Shown: one piece after another, positions 1 to 8,775 of the stretch
Layout of the letters: every line of letters starts with the position of its first letter
Position numbering within the stretch: the stretch's first letter is position 1
DNA from: Candidatus Latescibacterota bacterium
GTDB lineage: Bacteria > Latescibacterota > UBA2968 > UBA8231
Direction: 5' to 3'
DNA length: 64,000 nucleotides
Assembly: GCA_965261395.1 (NCBI GenBank)
Contig: OZ253462.1
Coordinates: forward strand, 1,824,001 to 1,888,000
Notes under the pieces: generated by a model
Databases searched by the model: none
What the model was told of the DNA's origin: nothing
The model's input: only the letters and a program-made list of their open reading frames with translations
Position numbers and translations under genes: made by a program

Positions 1-1053
1 GTCCATGCAGTAGTAGTCGGGACTAATCCGGCCCATCGCCGGAAAAGCCGCTTTGCGGCCGGCCCACAGCTTTTGCCGCTCGGCCTCGGTGGTCGCGTGG
101 GAAAGCGCGGTCGCGCCGGTCTGCCGCAACAGCGATTCCAGTGCGCGGCTGTGGTACTCGACCTCACTTTGCGGCCCGTCCAATTCGACCAGCAAGAGCG
201 CCGCGACCCCGAGCGGATAGCCCGCGCCGACAAAGCCCTCAACCGCTTCAACAGATAGCTGATCCATGATTTCCATGCCGGCTGGCACCATGCCCGCGGC
301 AATGATCTCGGCCACGGCCTGTCCGGCCGCGGCGACCGAATCGTACACCGCCATCACGGCCTGCGCCACTTCCGGCTTGGGCAAGATGCGCAGCGTGGCT
401 TCCGTGGTAATGGCCAACAGCCCTTCCGAACCCGTCAGCAGCCCGAGCAAGTCGTAGCCCGCTTGGTCCATGCCCTTGCCGCCGACCCGCACGATCTCGC
501 CGTCGGCCAACACCACCTCCAAGCCGAGGAGGTTGTTGGTCGTCGTGCCGTACTTGAGGCAGTGTACCCCGCCTGAATTTTCGGCGATATTGCCACCGAT
601 CGAGCAGGCGATCTGGCTCGAAGGGTCGGGCGCGTAGTAGAAGCCGCTCCGCTCCACCGCCTCGGTCACGCTTCGGTTGGTCACGCCCGGCTGCACAGTC
701 ACCGTGCGGTTTTCCAAGTCGATGTCAAGCACCGCTCGCATCCGTGCCGTGCTCAACACTACTCCATCTTCCCTCGGCAGCGCACCCCCCGAAAGTCCGG
801 TGCCAGCGCCCCAAGGGACGATGGGAATGTCGAGATGGGAGCACGACCGGAGTACAGCCGCGACCTGCTCGGTACTATCCGGTAAGGCGACCAGCATGGG
901 CCGCTGGCGATACGCCGATAGGCCGTCGCATTCATAGGCGACTAGGTCCTCGCGGCGGTGAATGATCTGATCGGCGCGCAAGTGCTTGCGCAGGAGGCTG
1001 ATGAGGGCTTTGCGCCGCTTGAAGCGGGTAGGGTCAGGTATGGGAAGCTGCAT
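1..1053 (-). CDS. glcD: FAD-linked oxidase, glycolate oxidase subunit GlcD (3' end runs off the window)
   Basis: Not in the ORF track because it is open to the window edge. Manual translation from ATG at 1053 gives MQLPIPDPTRF...AYECDGLSAYRQRP...GAGTGLSGGA...FYYAPDPSSQIACSIGGNIAENSGGVHCLKYGTT...GYDLLGLLTGSEGLL, which are GlcD hallmark motifs. Confidence 0.9.
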   Translation of the reverse strand, partial: MQLPIPDPTRFKRRKALISLLRKHLRADQIIHRREDLVAYECDGLSAYRQRPMLVALPDSTEQVAAVLRSCSHLDIPIVPWGAGTGLSGGALPREDGVVLSTARMRAVLDIDLENRTVTVQPGVTNRSVTEAVERSGFYYAPDPSSQIACSIGGNIAENSGGVHCLKYGTTTNNLLGLEVVLADGEIVRVGGKGMDQAGYDLLGLLTGSEGLLAITTEATLRILPKPEVAQAVMAVYDSVAAAGQAVAEIIAAGMVPAGMEIMDQLSVEAVEGFVGAGYPLGVAALLLVELDGPQSEVEYHSRALESLLRQTGATALSHATTEAERQKLWAGRKAAFPAMGRISPDYYCMD

Positions 1054-1056
1054 TAA

Positions 1057-2061
1057 TTAGTAGCCGAGGTCTTTGGCGTAGGCAAAAAGCGCGGGCGTGC
1101 CGCCGGTATGGAGAAAGATAAGGCGCTGTTCAGGACGCCACCAACCGGCGCGCACGTGCGCCAAAAGACCGGCCATGGCTTTGCTGGTGTAGGACGGATC
1201 GAGTAACAGTCCTTCCTGCTGCGCCACCAAGTGCAGGGCTTCGCAGCTCTCTGGAGTAACCACGCCGTAGTCCGGGCCGACAAACGCGGCGTAACTCTCG
1301 AAATCCTCCGCCTGCAGCGCTAGGTCCAAGCCCAGGACCGCAGCGCACTCACGCGCTAAGGCGAGGTGCCCCTCGGCGGCTTCGCGATCGTCGCGCGGCG
1401 AGGGACTGATACCCACCACCCGCATATCGATGCCCAGCGCCTTGAACGCCACCACCAATCCCACGTGGGTATGCGCCCCCGAACACAGATAGATCGCCGC
1501 TGGCGCAACGCCCTGTTCTTCGCATTGAGCCAAGAGTTCTAACGCCCCATCGACGTACGCTACACTACGGAAGATGCGCGCGTCCGAGCTGGTGTGGAAG
1601 GGGCGATGGCCAGCCGCGGTCAGCGCGGCCATCTTCGCAGCCACGGCCTGCGCCTGCTCCTCGGGTGCTGGCAGGTCCACCTCCGCGCCAAAGAGGTGGG
1701 TCAGCAGCAGGTTCCCCTGCGTCTGTGCGTGGGCATCGTCGCGGCCGACGACCACCGCAGATAGCCCCAATTTTGCGGCCACTGCGGCCGTCTGCCGCGA
1801 TTGATTCGACTGGGCGGCGGCCGAGTGTACCAGCACGTCGCAGCCCTGCTCTACGGCTTGGGCGATTTGGTATTCAAACTCGCGGATCTTGTTACCGCCA
1901 AAAGCCAAGCCGGTCAAATCGTCGCGCTTGACCCAAATCTGCGGGCCGGCTAGGTGGGCGCTGAGGCGCTTTAATTCCTCCAAGGGCGTGGGCAAGGACG
2001 CTAGCTGCAATCGCGGCAAGGCGGCCAACCGCCCTTTTAGTTCCTCTCGGCTAATAGCCAT
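1057..2061 (-). CDS. PLP-dependent D-cysteine desulfhydrase / ACC deaminase family protein
   Basis: Motifs PTPLE, VKRDDLTGLAFGGNK (PLP Lys), EGLLLDPSYTSKA and FLHTGG. Start placed at ATG 2061, downstream of an AGGAAGG SD. Confidence 0.85.
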   Translation of the reverse strand: MAISREELKGRLAALPRLQLASLPTPLEELKRLSAHLAGPQIWVKRDDLTGLAFGGNKIREFEYQIAQAVEQGCDVLVHSAAAQSNQSRQTAAVAAKLGLSAVVVGRDDAHAQTQGNLLLTHLFGAEVDLPAPEEQAQAVAAKMAALTAAGHRPFHTSSDARIFRSVAYVDGALELLAQCEEQGVAPAAIYLCSGAHTHVGLVVAFKALGIDMRVVGISPSPRDDREAAEGHLALARECAAVLGLDLALQAEDFESYAAFVGPDYGVVTPESCEALHLVAQQEGLLLDPSYTSKAMAGLLAHVRAGWWRPEQRLIFLHTGGTPALFAYAKDLGY

Positions 2062-2267
2062 AACCTTCCTCTTTTTGTTTGCTTTCAATACAACCATTAA
2101 ACGACCATCGGGCAAACTCATCATTCACTTCGGCCGCACCGTGTTTGCCCTTTTGATAAAAACCCTTAACTTTTACGTAGTGAGACCCACATAACCTACC
2201 GCCCCTCCTCGGAGCCTCACTCCTCCCCAATACAAATCGCTGTTTAAACGTAAGATATAGGGCCGTT

Positions 2268-4559
2268 TTGGATCTAGTCGAACCTATACCCGAACGTCTA
2301 TTGCCCCACATCCGCGGCGAATTGCAACCCGGCGAGCTGCTCATCGTCCTCCTCGCCGCCGACATTCGCCCCGACGGACAATACGGCGACTCTTGGTTTG
2401 CGCTCACCGACGAGCGGATACTCGTCTTTCACCCCAATGGCGCAGATACGCCCGAGACCGTGCGCCTCGGCTTGGACGAAGTGCAAGGCATCCAGACCCG
2501 CAACTATGTGGGCAGTGGTGCGCTCGTCGTCGAACTGGAGGATGAGACCGTCGAGCTGCTGCGCTTTTCGCAGAGTGCGTATTACAAATTCTCCGGCGTG
2601 CCCCAAGCCATCGAGGGCGCTGGCTTGGTCCAGGAAGAAGATGCCGAAGAGGGCGAGACGCTTCATGTCGATCCAGTCAAAGTAGTAGAGCACTGCCCCA
2701 CCTGCGGACTCGCCCTCCGCTCCGGCTCCAAAGTCTGCCCCAACTGCCTGCGTCAGACCGAGACCTTCTGGCGGTTGTTTTCCTACATCAAGCCTTATAA
2801 AAGCCAGGCATTGCTCGGGTTCGCGCTGACGATTGTGCTGACGGCCATCGGCCTGCTGCCGCCCCAGCTCAATCGCATCCTCATCGACGATGTCATCACC
2901 CCGGTCCTCGTCCAATACGAGATCGCGGACATCGCCGAGGGTGAAGCGACCACGCCCTCGGCCGCGGGCGTCCAACTCCTGCTGTGGGTCGTGCTCGGCC
3001 TGCTCGGTATCTATATCGGCCGCGGCATCATCAGCGGCGTGCGGATGTACGCCCTAGGGTGGATCGGCCAGCACATCCTTTACGATTTGCAGAGGCAAAT
3101 TTTCCAACATTTGCAATTGCTGTCGCTGACGTTTTACAACACGCTCAGCACCGGTCGAATTATGACCCGCGTCACCAGCGACACCGAGCGCATGCGCAGT
3201 TTTATCACCTCGGGGTTCCAAGATATTGTCATCAACGGGCTGACCATCATCGGCATCTGCGCGATGCTATTTGTAATGAATTGGGAATTGGCGCTTTTAT
3301 CGCTGATCCCAATCCCCTTCATGATCATCGGCACCATTATCTACCGCAACCGCATCCACTGGGTTTTCCACCGGATATGGCGTCGCATCGCCGAACTCAA
3401 CTCCATGCTCGCCGACTCCATCCCCGGCGTCAAGGTCGTCAAGGCCTTTGCCCAAGAAAACCGCGAGGTCGAGCGCTTCACCGAGCGCAATATCGAAGTG
3501 CGCGAATCGCAGATGACCTCGTTCAAGATGCGGTCCTATTACATTCCGACGATCTCCTTTACCGCCTCAGTCGGCTCGATCATCCTGTGGTGGTTTGGCG
3601 GCAATCGAGTGCTCGGCAATGAGCTGACCTTGGGCGAGTTGCAGGCTTTTATCTCCTACATGGTCATGTTCTACGCGCCGGTGCGCTCGCTGTGCACCCT
3701 CACCGAGCAGCTAGAGACCGCAGCGACAACGGCCGAGCGCGTCTTTGAGATCATCGACACCGAGCCCGAAGTCCAGGACGACCCCGACGCCATTGACCCC
3801 GGCCCGCTTACCGGCGAAGTAGAGTTCAGCAACGTCAGCTTCACGTACGACGGCTCGGCTAGGATCCTCGACCGCATCCACTTTAAGGCCGAGCCCGGCG
3901 AGATGATCGGCATTGTTGGCCCCAGCGGCGCGGGCAAGTCAACTCTGGTCAACCTCATTTCGCGGTTCTACGACGCCACTGACGGCCAAGTCCGCATCGA
4001 CGGGCAGCCCATTACCCGCCTCAAACAGCAGGCGCTGCGCAGCCAAATCGGCGTAGTCTTGCAGGAGCCGCTGCTGTTCCAAGGATCCATCGCCAGCAAT
4101 ATCGCCTACGGGCATCCCGACGCGACGCGCCAAGAGGTCATTGAGGCGGCCCGCGCGGCCAACGCCCACAAGTTCATCATGAATTTTCCCGATGGCTACG
4201 ACACCCAAGTCGGCGAGCGCGGCGGTCGGCTCTCCGGCGGCGAGCGCCAGCGCATCTCCATTGCCCGCGCCCTGATTGGCAACCCGCGCATCCTGATCCT
4301 CGACGAGGCCACCGCCTCGGTCGATACCCAGACCGAATTCGAGATTCAAGAAGCGCTTGAGCGGCTAGTCACTGGGCGCACCACCTTTGCCATCGCCCAC
4401 CGGCTCTCGACGCTCAAAAACGCCGACCGACTGCTGGTGTTGGAAAGAGGGCGCATTGCCGAGGTCGGCACCCACGAAGAGTTGCTCAATATGGAGGACG
4501 GCGTCTATCGCCGGCTGGTCAATATGCAAACCGAAATGGCGAAAGTACGGGCACTATGA
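2268..4559 (+). CDS. ABC exporter (fused permease + ATPase) with an N-terminal PH-like domain and CxxC-CxxC zinc ribbon
   Basis: Walker A GPSGAGKS, signature LSGGERQR, Walker B ILILDE, H-loop IAHRLST, several TM segments, and a ~160-aa N-terminal extension containing CPTC...CPNC. Confidence 0.9.
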   Translation: MDLVEPIPERLLPHIRGELQPGELLIVLLAADIRPDGQYGDSWFALTDERILVFHPNGADTPETVRLGLDEVQGIQTRNYVGSGALVVELEDETVELLRFSQSAYYKFSGVPQAIEGAGLVQEEDAEEGETLHVDPVKVVEHCPTCGLALRSGSKVCPNCLRQTETFWRLFSYIKPYKSQALLGFALTIVLTAIGLLPPQLNRILIDDVITPVLVQYEIADIAEGEATTPSAAGVQLLLWVVLGLLGIYIGRGIISGVRMYALGWIGQHILYDLQRQIFQHLQLLSLTFYNTLSTGRIMTRVTSDTERMRSFITSGFQDIVINGLTIIGICAMLFVMNWELALLSLIPIPFMIIGTIIYRNRIHWVFHRIWRRIAELNSMLADSIPGVKVVKAFAQENREVERFTERNIEVRESQMTSFKMRSYYIPTISFTASVGSIILWWFGGNRVLGNELTLGELQAFISYMVMFYAPVRSLCTLTEQLETAATTAERVFEIIDTEPEVQDDPDAIDPGPLTGEVEFSNVSFTYDGSARILDRIHFKAEPGEMIGIVGPSGAGKSTLVNLISRFYDATDGQVRIDGQPITRLKQQALRSQIGVVLQEPLLFQGSIASNIAYGHPDATRQEVIEAARAANAHKFIMNFPDGYDTQVGERGGRLSGGERQRISIARALIGNPRILILDEATASVDTQTEFEIQEALERLVTGRTTFAIAHRLSTLKNADRLLVLERGRIAEVGTHEELLNMEDGVYRRLVNMQTEMAKVRAL

Positions 4560-5059
4560 GCGAAGCACGCGGCTATTCCTACGAGGATTTCCTGCTCGAC
4601 CCACAAAAGATGAGCTTCAGCCGCTCCAAACGCGGCAGCTTGATCCTCAGGATCAACGGAGAGGAATACACCGGCCTCAAGATCCGCCGCGCCTTCCCGC
4701 TAGAGGAGGCCAACCGCTATATCGGCGTCTCTGCCGCCGAAGACCAAGAACTCGGCCTAATCGAAGACCCGCAACAGCTCGACGACCAAAGCCGCCAAGC
4801 GCTTATAGAGGAACTCGACAAGATATACTTTCAACCGCAGGTCCTCGCTTTCAACAACCTCGACGAGGAATTCGGGGTGCTGCGCGGCCAGATCGAAACC
4901 ACCAGCGGCCCCCGCAAGCTCGAAATTCGCAGCTATCGCACCAATGTACGCATGCTCTCCGGCGGCCGGGCCGTCATCGAGGATGTAGATGGCAACCGCT
5001 ATCTGATCGCCAACTGGTGCGCGTTGCCGCAAAAAACGCGCGAAATTCTGGGGCTGTAG
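4556..5059 (+). CDS. DUF1854-family protein
   Basis: RRAFPL..YI, ELG.I, EEL.K.YF.P, ETTSG and IEDVDGNRY.I patterns. ATGA overlap with the ABC gene. Confidence 0.8.
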   Translation: MSEARGYSYEDFLLDPQKMSFSRSKRGSLILRINGEEYTGLKIRRAFPLEEANRYIGVSAAEDQELGLIEDPQQLDDQSRQALIEELDKIYFQPQVLAFNNLDEEFGVLRGQIETTSGPRKLEIRSYRTNVRMLSGGRAVIEDVDGNRYLIANWCALPQKTREILGL

Positions 5060-5077
5060 AGCAGAGATGGACTGCGG

Positions 5078-5887
5078 TTAGCCAGCGAAATACGCCCGCA
5101 TCTTCTCCAAACCGATCCGGGCGACATCCGCCGGATTCTCCTCCCACAACTCCGGATTGAACAACTCCAGCGACACAAACCCCTCGTATCCCTGCGCTTG
5201 CGCCAGCCCCTCGATCTCGCGCAGCGGCCCGACTCCGTCGCCCGGCATCACCCGGTCGGCGTCGCTTTGTTCGGCAAAAGGCTTGTCGCCGGGGGCATCG
5301 TTCCAGTGCCAGACCGCGATCTTGTCGCCGGGCACCTTGGCAATGCTCGCAATAGGGCCGCCGCCGCGTAAGATGTGGAACGGGTCCATGATCAAACTTG
5401 CATCTGGATGGTCGGCGTCGGTGGCAATCTGCCAAGCTTGGTCAATGGTGTACACGCTTTGCACAAAGCCTAGGTACTCCATCGCCGGCCGCACGCCAAT
5501 TTCTTTGCCGATCTCCAGCAATTCGCGGTAATCGGCCCCGCCTCGGCTCAGGTCGCAGGAATCTAGCGGAGGGCTGGCGACAATAAACTCGGCCCCCACC
5601 GCTACGGCCTGCGCCATCCGCCGCCGCACCTCCTCCAACGCCTGCGCCCGCGCCGTGCCCTCAGCCCCCAGCCAGCCGTGGAGTGCAATAACCGTCGGCA
5701 CCGCCAACCCGTAGTCGGCCAGTGCCTGCCGCACGTCCGCGAGCGATCCTCCCTGCTGTTCGTGCGCAGTCAAGTCATCGTTCCACAACTCGATGCCCTG
5801 GTAGCCGGTCTGCCCGGCGATGCGGATTTTCTCCATCAGCGATGCCGGGCGGATCGTCGATGTGTTGAGCGCGTATTGCACCGTCAT
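5078..5887 (-). CDS. Sugar phosphate isomerase/epimerase (xylose isomerase-like TIM barrel)
   Basis: GYQGIELW, AMEYLG, MDPFH, HWND, RVMPGDG and SLELF metal-binding pattern. Start placed at MTVQY after an SD-like sequence. Confidence 0.85.
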   Translation of the reverse strand: MTVQYALNTSTIRPASLMEKIRIAGQTGYQGIELWNDDLTAHEQQGGSLADVRQALADYGLAVPTVIALHGWLGAEGTARAQALEEVRRRMAQAVAVGAEFIVASPPLDSCDLSRGGADYRELLEIGKEIGVRPAMEYLGFVQSVYTIDQAWQIATDADHPDASLIMDPFHILRGGGPIASIAKVPGDKIAVWHWNDAPGDKPFAEQSDADRVMPGDGVGPLREIEGLAQAQGYEGFVSLELFNPELWEENPADVARIGLEKMRAYFAG

Positions 5888-5909
5888 ATTGCTTCCTTTC
5901 TCGTTTTTG

Positions 5910-6932
5910 TTAAGCCACACATAAAAAATCATTCCCCTCTAGCAGCCCCAATCCATCCAACGCCTCCCGAATCAGCGCCCGTGCCCCCCGCGACGCCACG
6001 GCCGCCAATAGAATCGGGCGCTCGTGGCGCGTCCACCAAGCCGGTAAGTCATCCGGTCCGATCACGGGCTTGCGCCGCAAGGTGCCGCCGATTTTCTTGG
6101 GCGCAATATCGACAAACACATCGGGCGCGCGACCTTCGCGCTCCAAATGCTTGGCGAGCCGACGGCCGGTCTTGCCCGCGCCCCAGACGGCTAGCCCATC
6201 CCGCTTTTGCAGTGGCCCAGCGCAAAGATAATGCGCTTTGGTGCGGAGGAAATTCTCCACCGAGTAGCGGCCCTGCACGTGGGTGGCCCGCCGTGGATGC
6301 TCGCGCCAGTAGTGCAAGACCTCCGGCACCTTGGCAAAGCGCCGGCCCGCCGCCCGATAGCGCAACCACAGATCGTAGTCTTCCGGCCATCCCCGATCTT
6401 GGTAGCCCCCCAAGGCCACCAACTCCTCGCGGCGCATCATGGCCGACGGATTGGCGATGGGACTCTCGACGAAAAACTCCCGCTCAATCGCCGCGCTATC
6501 CACCAAGCCGTTCAACCAAGCCTCGTACACCAACATCCCCTCCCCGGTCTCCTCGCGCGGAAAGATCTCCACCAAGCAACTCACTACGCTCAAGCCAAGA
6601 TCTCCTTCCAACCACGCGACTTGTTTTTCCAAGCGTTCGGGGTGCATCCGGTCGTCGGCGTCCATGCGCGCCACGTACGCACCCCGACACAAGGCCAAAC
6701 CTCGGTTAGGGGCCTCGACAATGCCTTGGTGGTCGGCGAGCAAAACTCTAAAGCGGGGATCGCAGCGGCACCATTCCAAGAGCAGGTCCCCGCTCTCGTC
6801 CTCCGAGCCGTCGTCTATGGCCACGACCTCAAAATCTTCGCAGCTCTGCGCTTGGATGCTCTCCAAGGTTTCCGCCAGTGTGGCGGCGGCGTTGAACACG
6901 GGTAGTAGTATCGATACGCGGGGCGCTTTCAT
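5910..6932 (-). CDS. Glycosyltransferase family 2 with a C-terminal Rossmann-like segment
   Basis: VSILLPVFN, IDDGSED, ARMDADD (DxD), EDYDLWLR, and a C-terminal WGAGKTG. Confidence 0.88.
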   Translation of the reverse strand: MKAPRVSILLPVFNAAATLAETLESIQAQSCEDFEVVAIDDGSEDESGDLLLEWCRCDPRFRVLLADHQGIVEAPNRGLALCRGAYVARMDADDRMHPERLEKQVAWLEGDLGLSVVSCLVEIFPREETGEGMLVYEAWLNGLVDSAAIEREFFVESPIANPSAMMRREELVALGGYQDRGWPEDYDLWLRYRAAGRRFAKVPEVLHYWREHPRRATHVQGRYSVENFLRTKAHYLCAGPLQKRDGLAVWGAGKTGRRLAKHLEREGRAPDVFVDIAPKKIGGTLRRKPVIGPDDLPAWWTRHERPILLAAVASRGARALIREALDGLGLLEGNDFLCVA

Positions 6933-6976
6933 GGTCGTTAACTAGTTACATTTTCATGGTTGATAGGCATGAAAGC

Positions 6977-7005
6977 TTGACATTTTTCCGCTCAATGCCC
7001 GATTT
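6977..7005 (+). promoter_or_regulatory. Putative sigma70 promoter of map (possibly leaderless)
   Basis: TTGACA-17 nt-CGATTT. The ATG is only 9 nt downstream and there is no SD. Confidence 0.45.
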
Positions 7006-7014
7006 TTAATCTCT

Positions 7015-7776
7015 ATGATATATCTCAAATCAGCCTTGGAAATCGACCGCATCCGCGCCAGTTGCCGCATTGCCGCCGAAGCCATGCTCCGCGTCGAAGA
7101 GGTCCTCGCGCCCGGGGTTACCACCCTCCACCTCGACCAAATAGCCGACCGCTACATCCGCAGCCAAGGGGCGGTTGCCAGTGCCTTGGGCTATCGTGGC
7201 TTTCCCCGCAGCATCTGCGTCTCCGTCAACGACGAAGTCGTCCACGGCATCCCCGGCGACCGCGTCCTGCAAGAAGGGGACATCCTCGCCGTTGACATTG
7301 CCGTTAAAAAGGATGGCTTTCACGGCGACATGAACGTCACTATGAAAGCCGGTTGTGTGGCCCCCAAAGCCCAGCACCTGCTCGACGTTACGCACCATAG
7401 CTTGGAGGAGGGGTTGGCCGCCTGCAGGCCCGGGCGACGCCTCGGCGACATTGGCCACGCCATCCAAAGCTATGTCGAAGCGCGCGGTTTTTCCATCGTG
7501 CGCGCGTACTGCGGCCACGGCATTGGCCGCAACTTCCACGAGGAACCCCAGTTGCTCCACTACGGCAAGGCCGGCACGGGCCGCCGCCTGCAAAACGGCA
7601 TGGTCTTCACCATCGAGCCGATGGTCAATGAGGGCGAACACGAAACGCGCGTGCTCGACGACGACTGGACGGCCGTCACAGCCGACGGCAAGCTCTCGGC
7701 TCAATACGAGCACACCGTGGCCATCACCAACGACGGGCCGGATGTGCTGTCGCGCTTTGCCGATCTGCCGTACTGA
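7015..7776 (+). CDS. map: Methionine aminopeptidase type I
   Basis: SICVSVNDEVVHGIPG, D..D metal ligands, GHGIGRNFHEEP, FTIEPM and SAQYEHT. Confidence 0.96.
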   Translation: MIYLKSALEIDRIRASCRIAAEAMLRVEEVLAPGVTTLHLDQIADRYIRSQGAVASALGYRGFPRSICVSVNDEVVHGIPGDRVLQEGDILAVDIAVKKDGFHGDMNVTMKAGCVAPKAQHLLDVTHHSLEEGLAACRPGRRLGDIGHAIQSYVEARGFSIVRAYCGHGIGRNFHEEPQLLHYGKAGTGRRLQNGMVFTIEPMVNEGEHETRVLDDDWTAVTADGKLSAQYEHTVAITNDGPDVLSRFADLPY

Positions 7777-7833
7777 ACTTGCTCAGCGGCGACATTTTCT
7801 TATTTTTTAAGTTCATTTCACAAGGAGAACAGC

Positions 7834-8127
7834 ATGGCAAGGCCGAAAAAAGTCCAATCCAACAGCGACGACGACAACGCTGAATTTTCGTTTGACCCTG
7901 GCACGCAGATCGAGCTAGAGATGGAAGACACCTGCTGCGTCACTGGCGAACCAGTCGAATTCAGCTTTTGTCGCTTCCCCGACTACAAAAGCGGCACGCT
8001 GATGGTCATGTCCAAAAGCGAGATGCTCAAGCACATGCGCGCCGGCGACTCCATCGCCAAATTCAAAGAAGTGCTGGTCAAGCGCCACGGCAAGAAAGTC
8101 TTAGCGGAGCACTACTCGAACTACTAG
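7834..8127 (+). CDS. Small hypothetical protein (97 aa)
   Basis: Strong SD (AAGGAG), host-like codon usage, and a downstream terminator. Confidence 0.8.
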   Translation: MARPKKVQSNSDDDNAEFSFDPGTQIELEMEDTCCVTGEPVEFSFCRFPDYKSGTLMVMSKSEMLKHMRAGDSIAKFKEVLVKRHGKKVLAEHYSNY

Positions 8128-8149
8128 GCAACGCGCAATACCTACATGC

Positions 8150-8190
8150 AAAGAAGGGATGGTCCCACTGCGGACCATCCCTTCTTTTGT
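8150..8190. terminator. Bidirectional rho-independent terminator
   Basis: AAAGAAGGGATGGTCC-cactgc-GGACCATCCCTTCTTT hairpin between convergent genes. Confidence 0.88.
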
Positions 8191-8204
8191 TCTATACCGA
8201 CGCC

Positions 8205-8762
8205 CTAAGAGCGAGCCAACAGGGTCTCGATATCCTCGCCGAATACCCCACGGGGATTGAGCCGGCCGCTCCTGTCGCGTGGCACACCTACATGCGTCTT
8301 GTACACGCGGCCTTGGCGATCAAAAACAAAGGTGAGCGGCACGCCTACCCTCGCCAAGTTTTCTTTGTAGAAGGCGCGGAGTAGCTCGTGTTGGCTATCG
8401 TGCACCACCGGGTAGTTGATGGCCAAGCGCTCGACGAACTCGCCTATTAGAGGCAAGACGCGCTCGGTGGGGCCTTGATCTAGGGAAATGCCAATGATTG
8501 CCACCTGCTCGGGGTCGTACTCGTTGCTCATCTCGACTAAGGCTGGGATCTCGTAGCGGCACGGGCCGCACCAAGTCGCCCAGAAGTTGATCAGGACGAC
8601 CTTGCCCTCGTAATCGCGCAAATCCACGCTCTGGCCCTGATAGTCGTTCCACTTAGCAGACTGCGGAGGGAAGAGCTTGTCTCCTTGCGGCTCGGATGGG
8701 GCACAGCCCAGTGCTAGGAGTGCCAACCCGTTCACAAGCCCTTTGATAGCCATTGCGCGCAT
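8205..8762 (-). CDS. TlpA/ResA-family thiol-disulfide oxidoreductase lipoprotein
   Basis: Lipobox LALGC, GKVVLINFWATWCGPC, and cis-Pro GVP. Confidence 0.9.
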   Translation of the reverse strand: MRAMAIKGLVNGLALLALGCAPSEPQGDKLFPPQSAKWNDYQGQSVDLRDYEGKVVLINFWATWCGPCRYEIPALVEMSNEYDPEQVAIIGISLDQGPTERVLPLIGEFVERLAINYPVVHDSQHELLRAFYKENLARVGVPLTFVFDRQGRVYKTHVGVPRDRSGRLNPRGVFGEDIETLLARS

Positions 8763-8775
8763 AATACGTCCTGTA

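Noticed and set aside
1057-2061. Calling the PLP enzyme ACC deaminase (acdS)
   Set aside because: It lacks the diagnostic Glu of DPVYEGK and has Thr instead.
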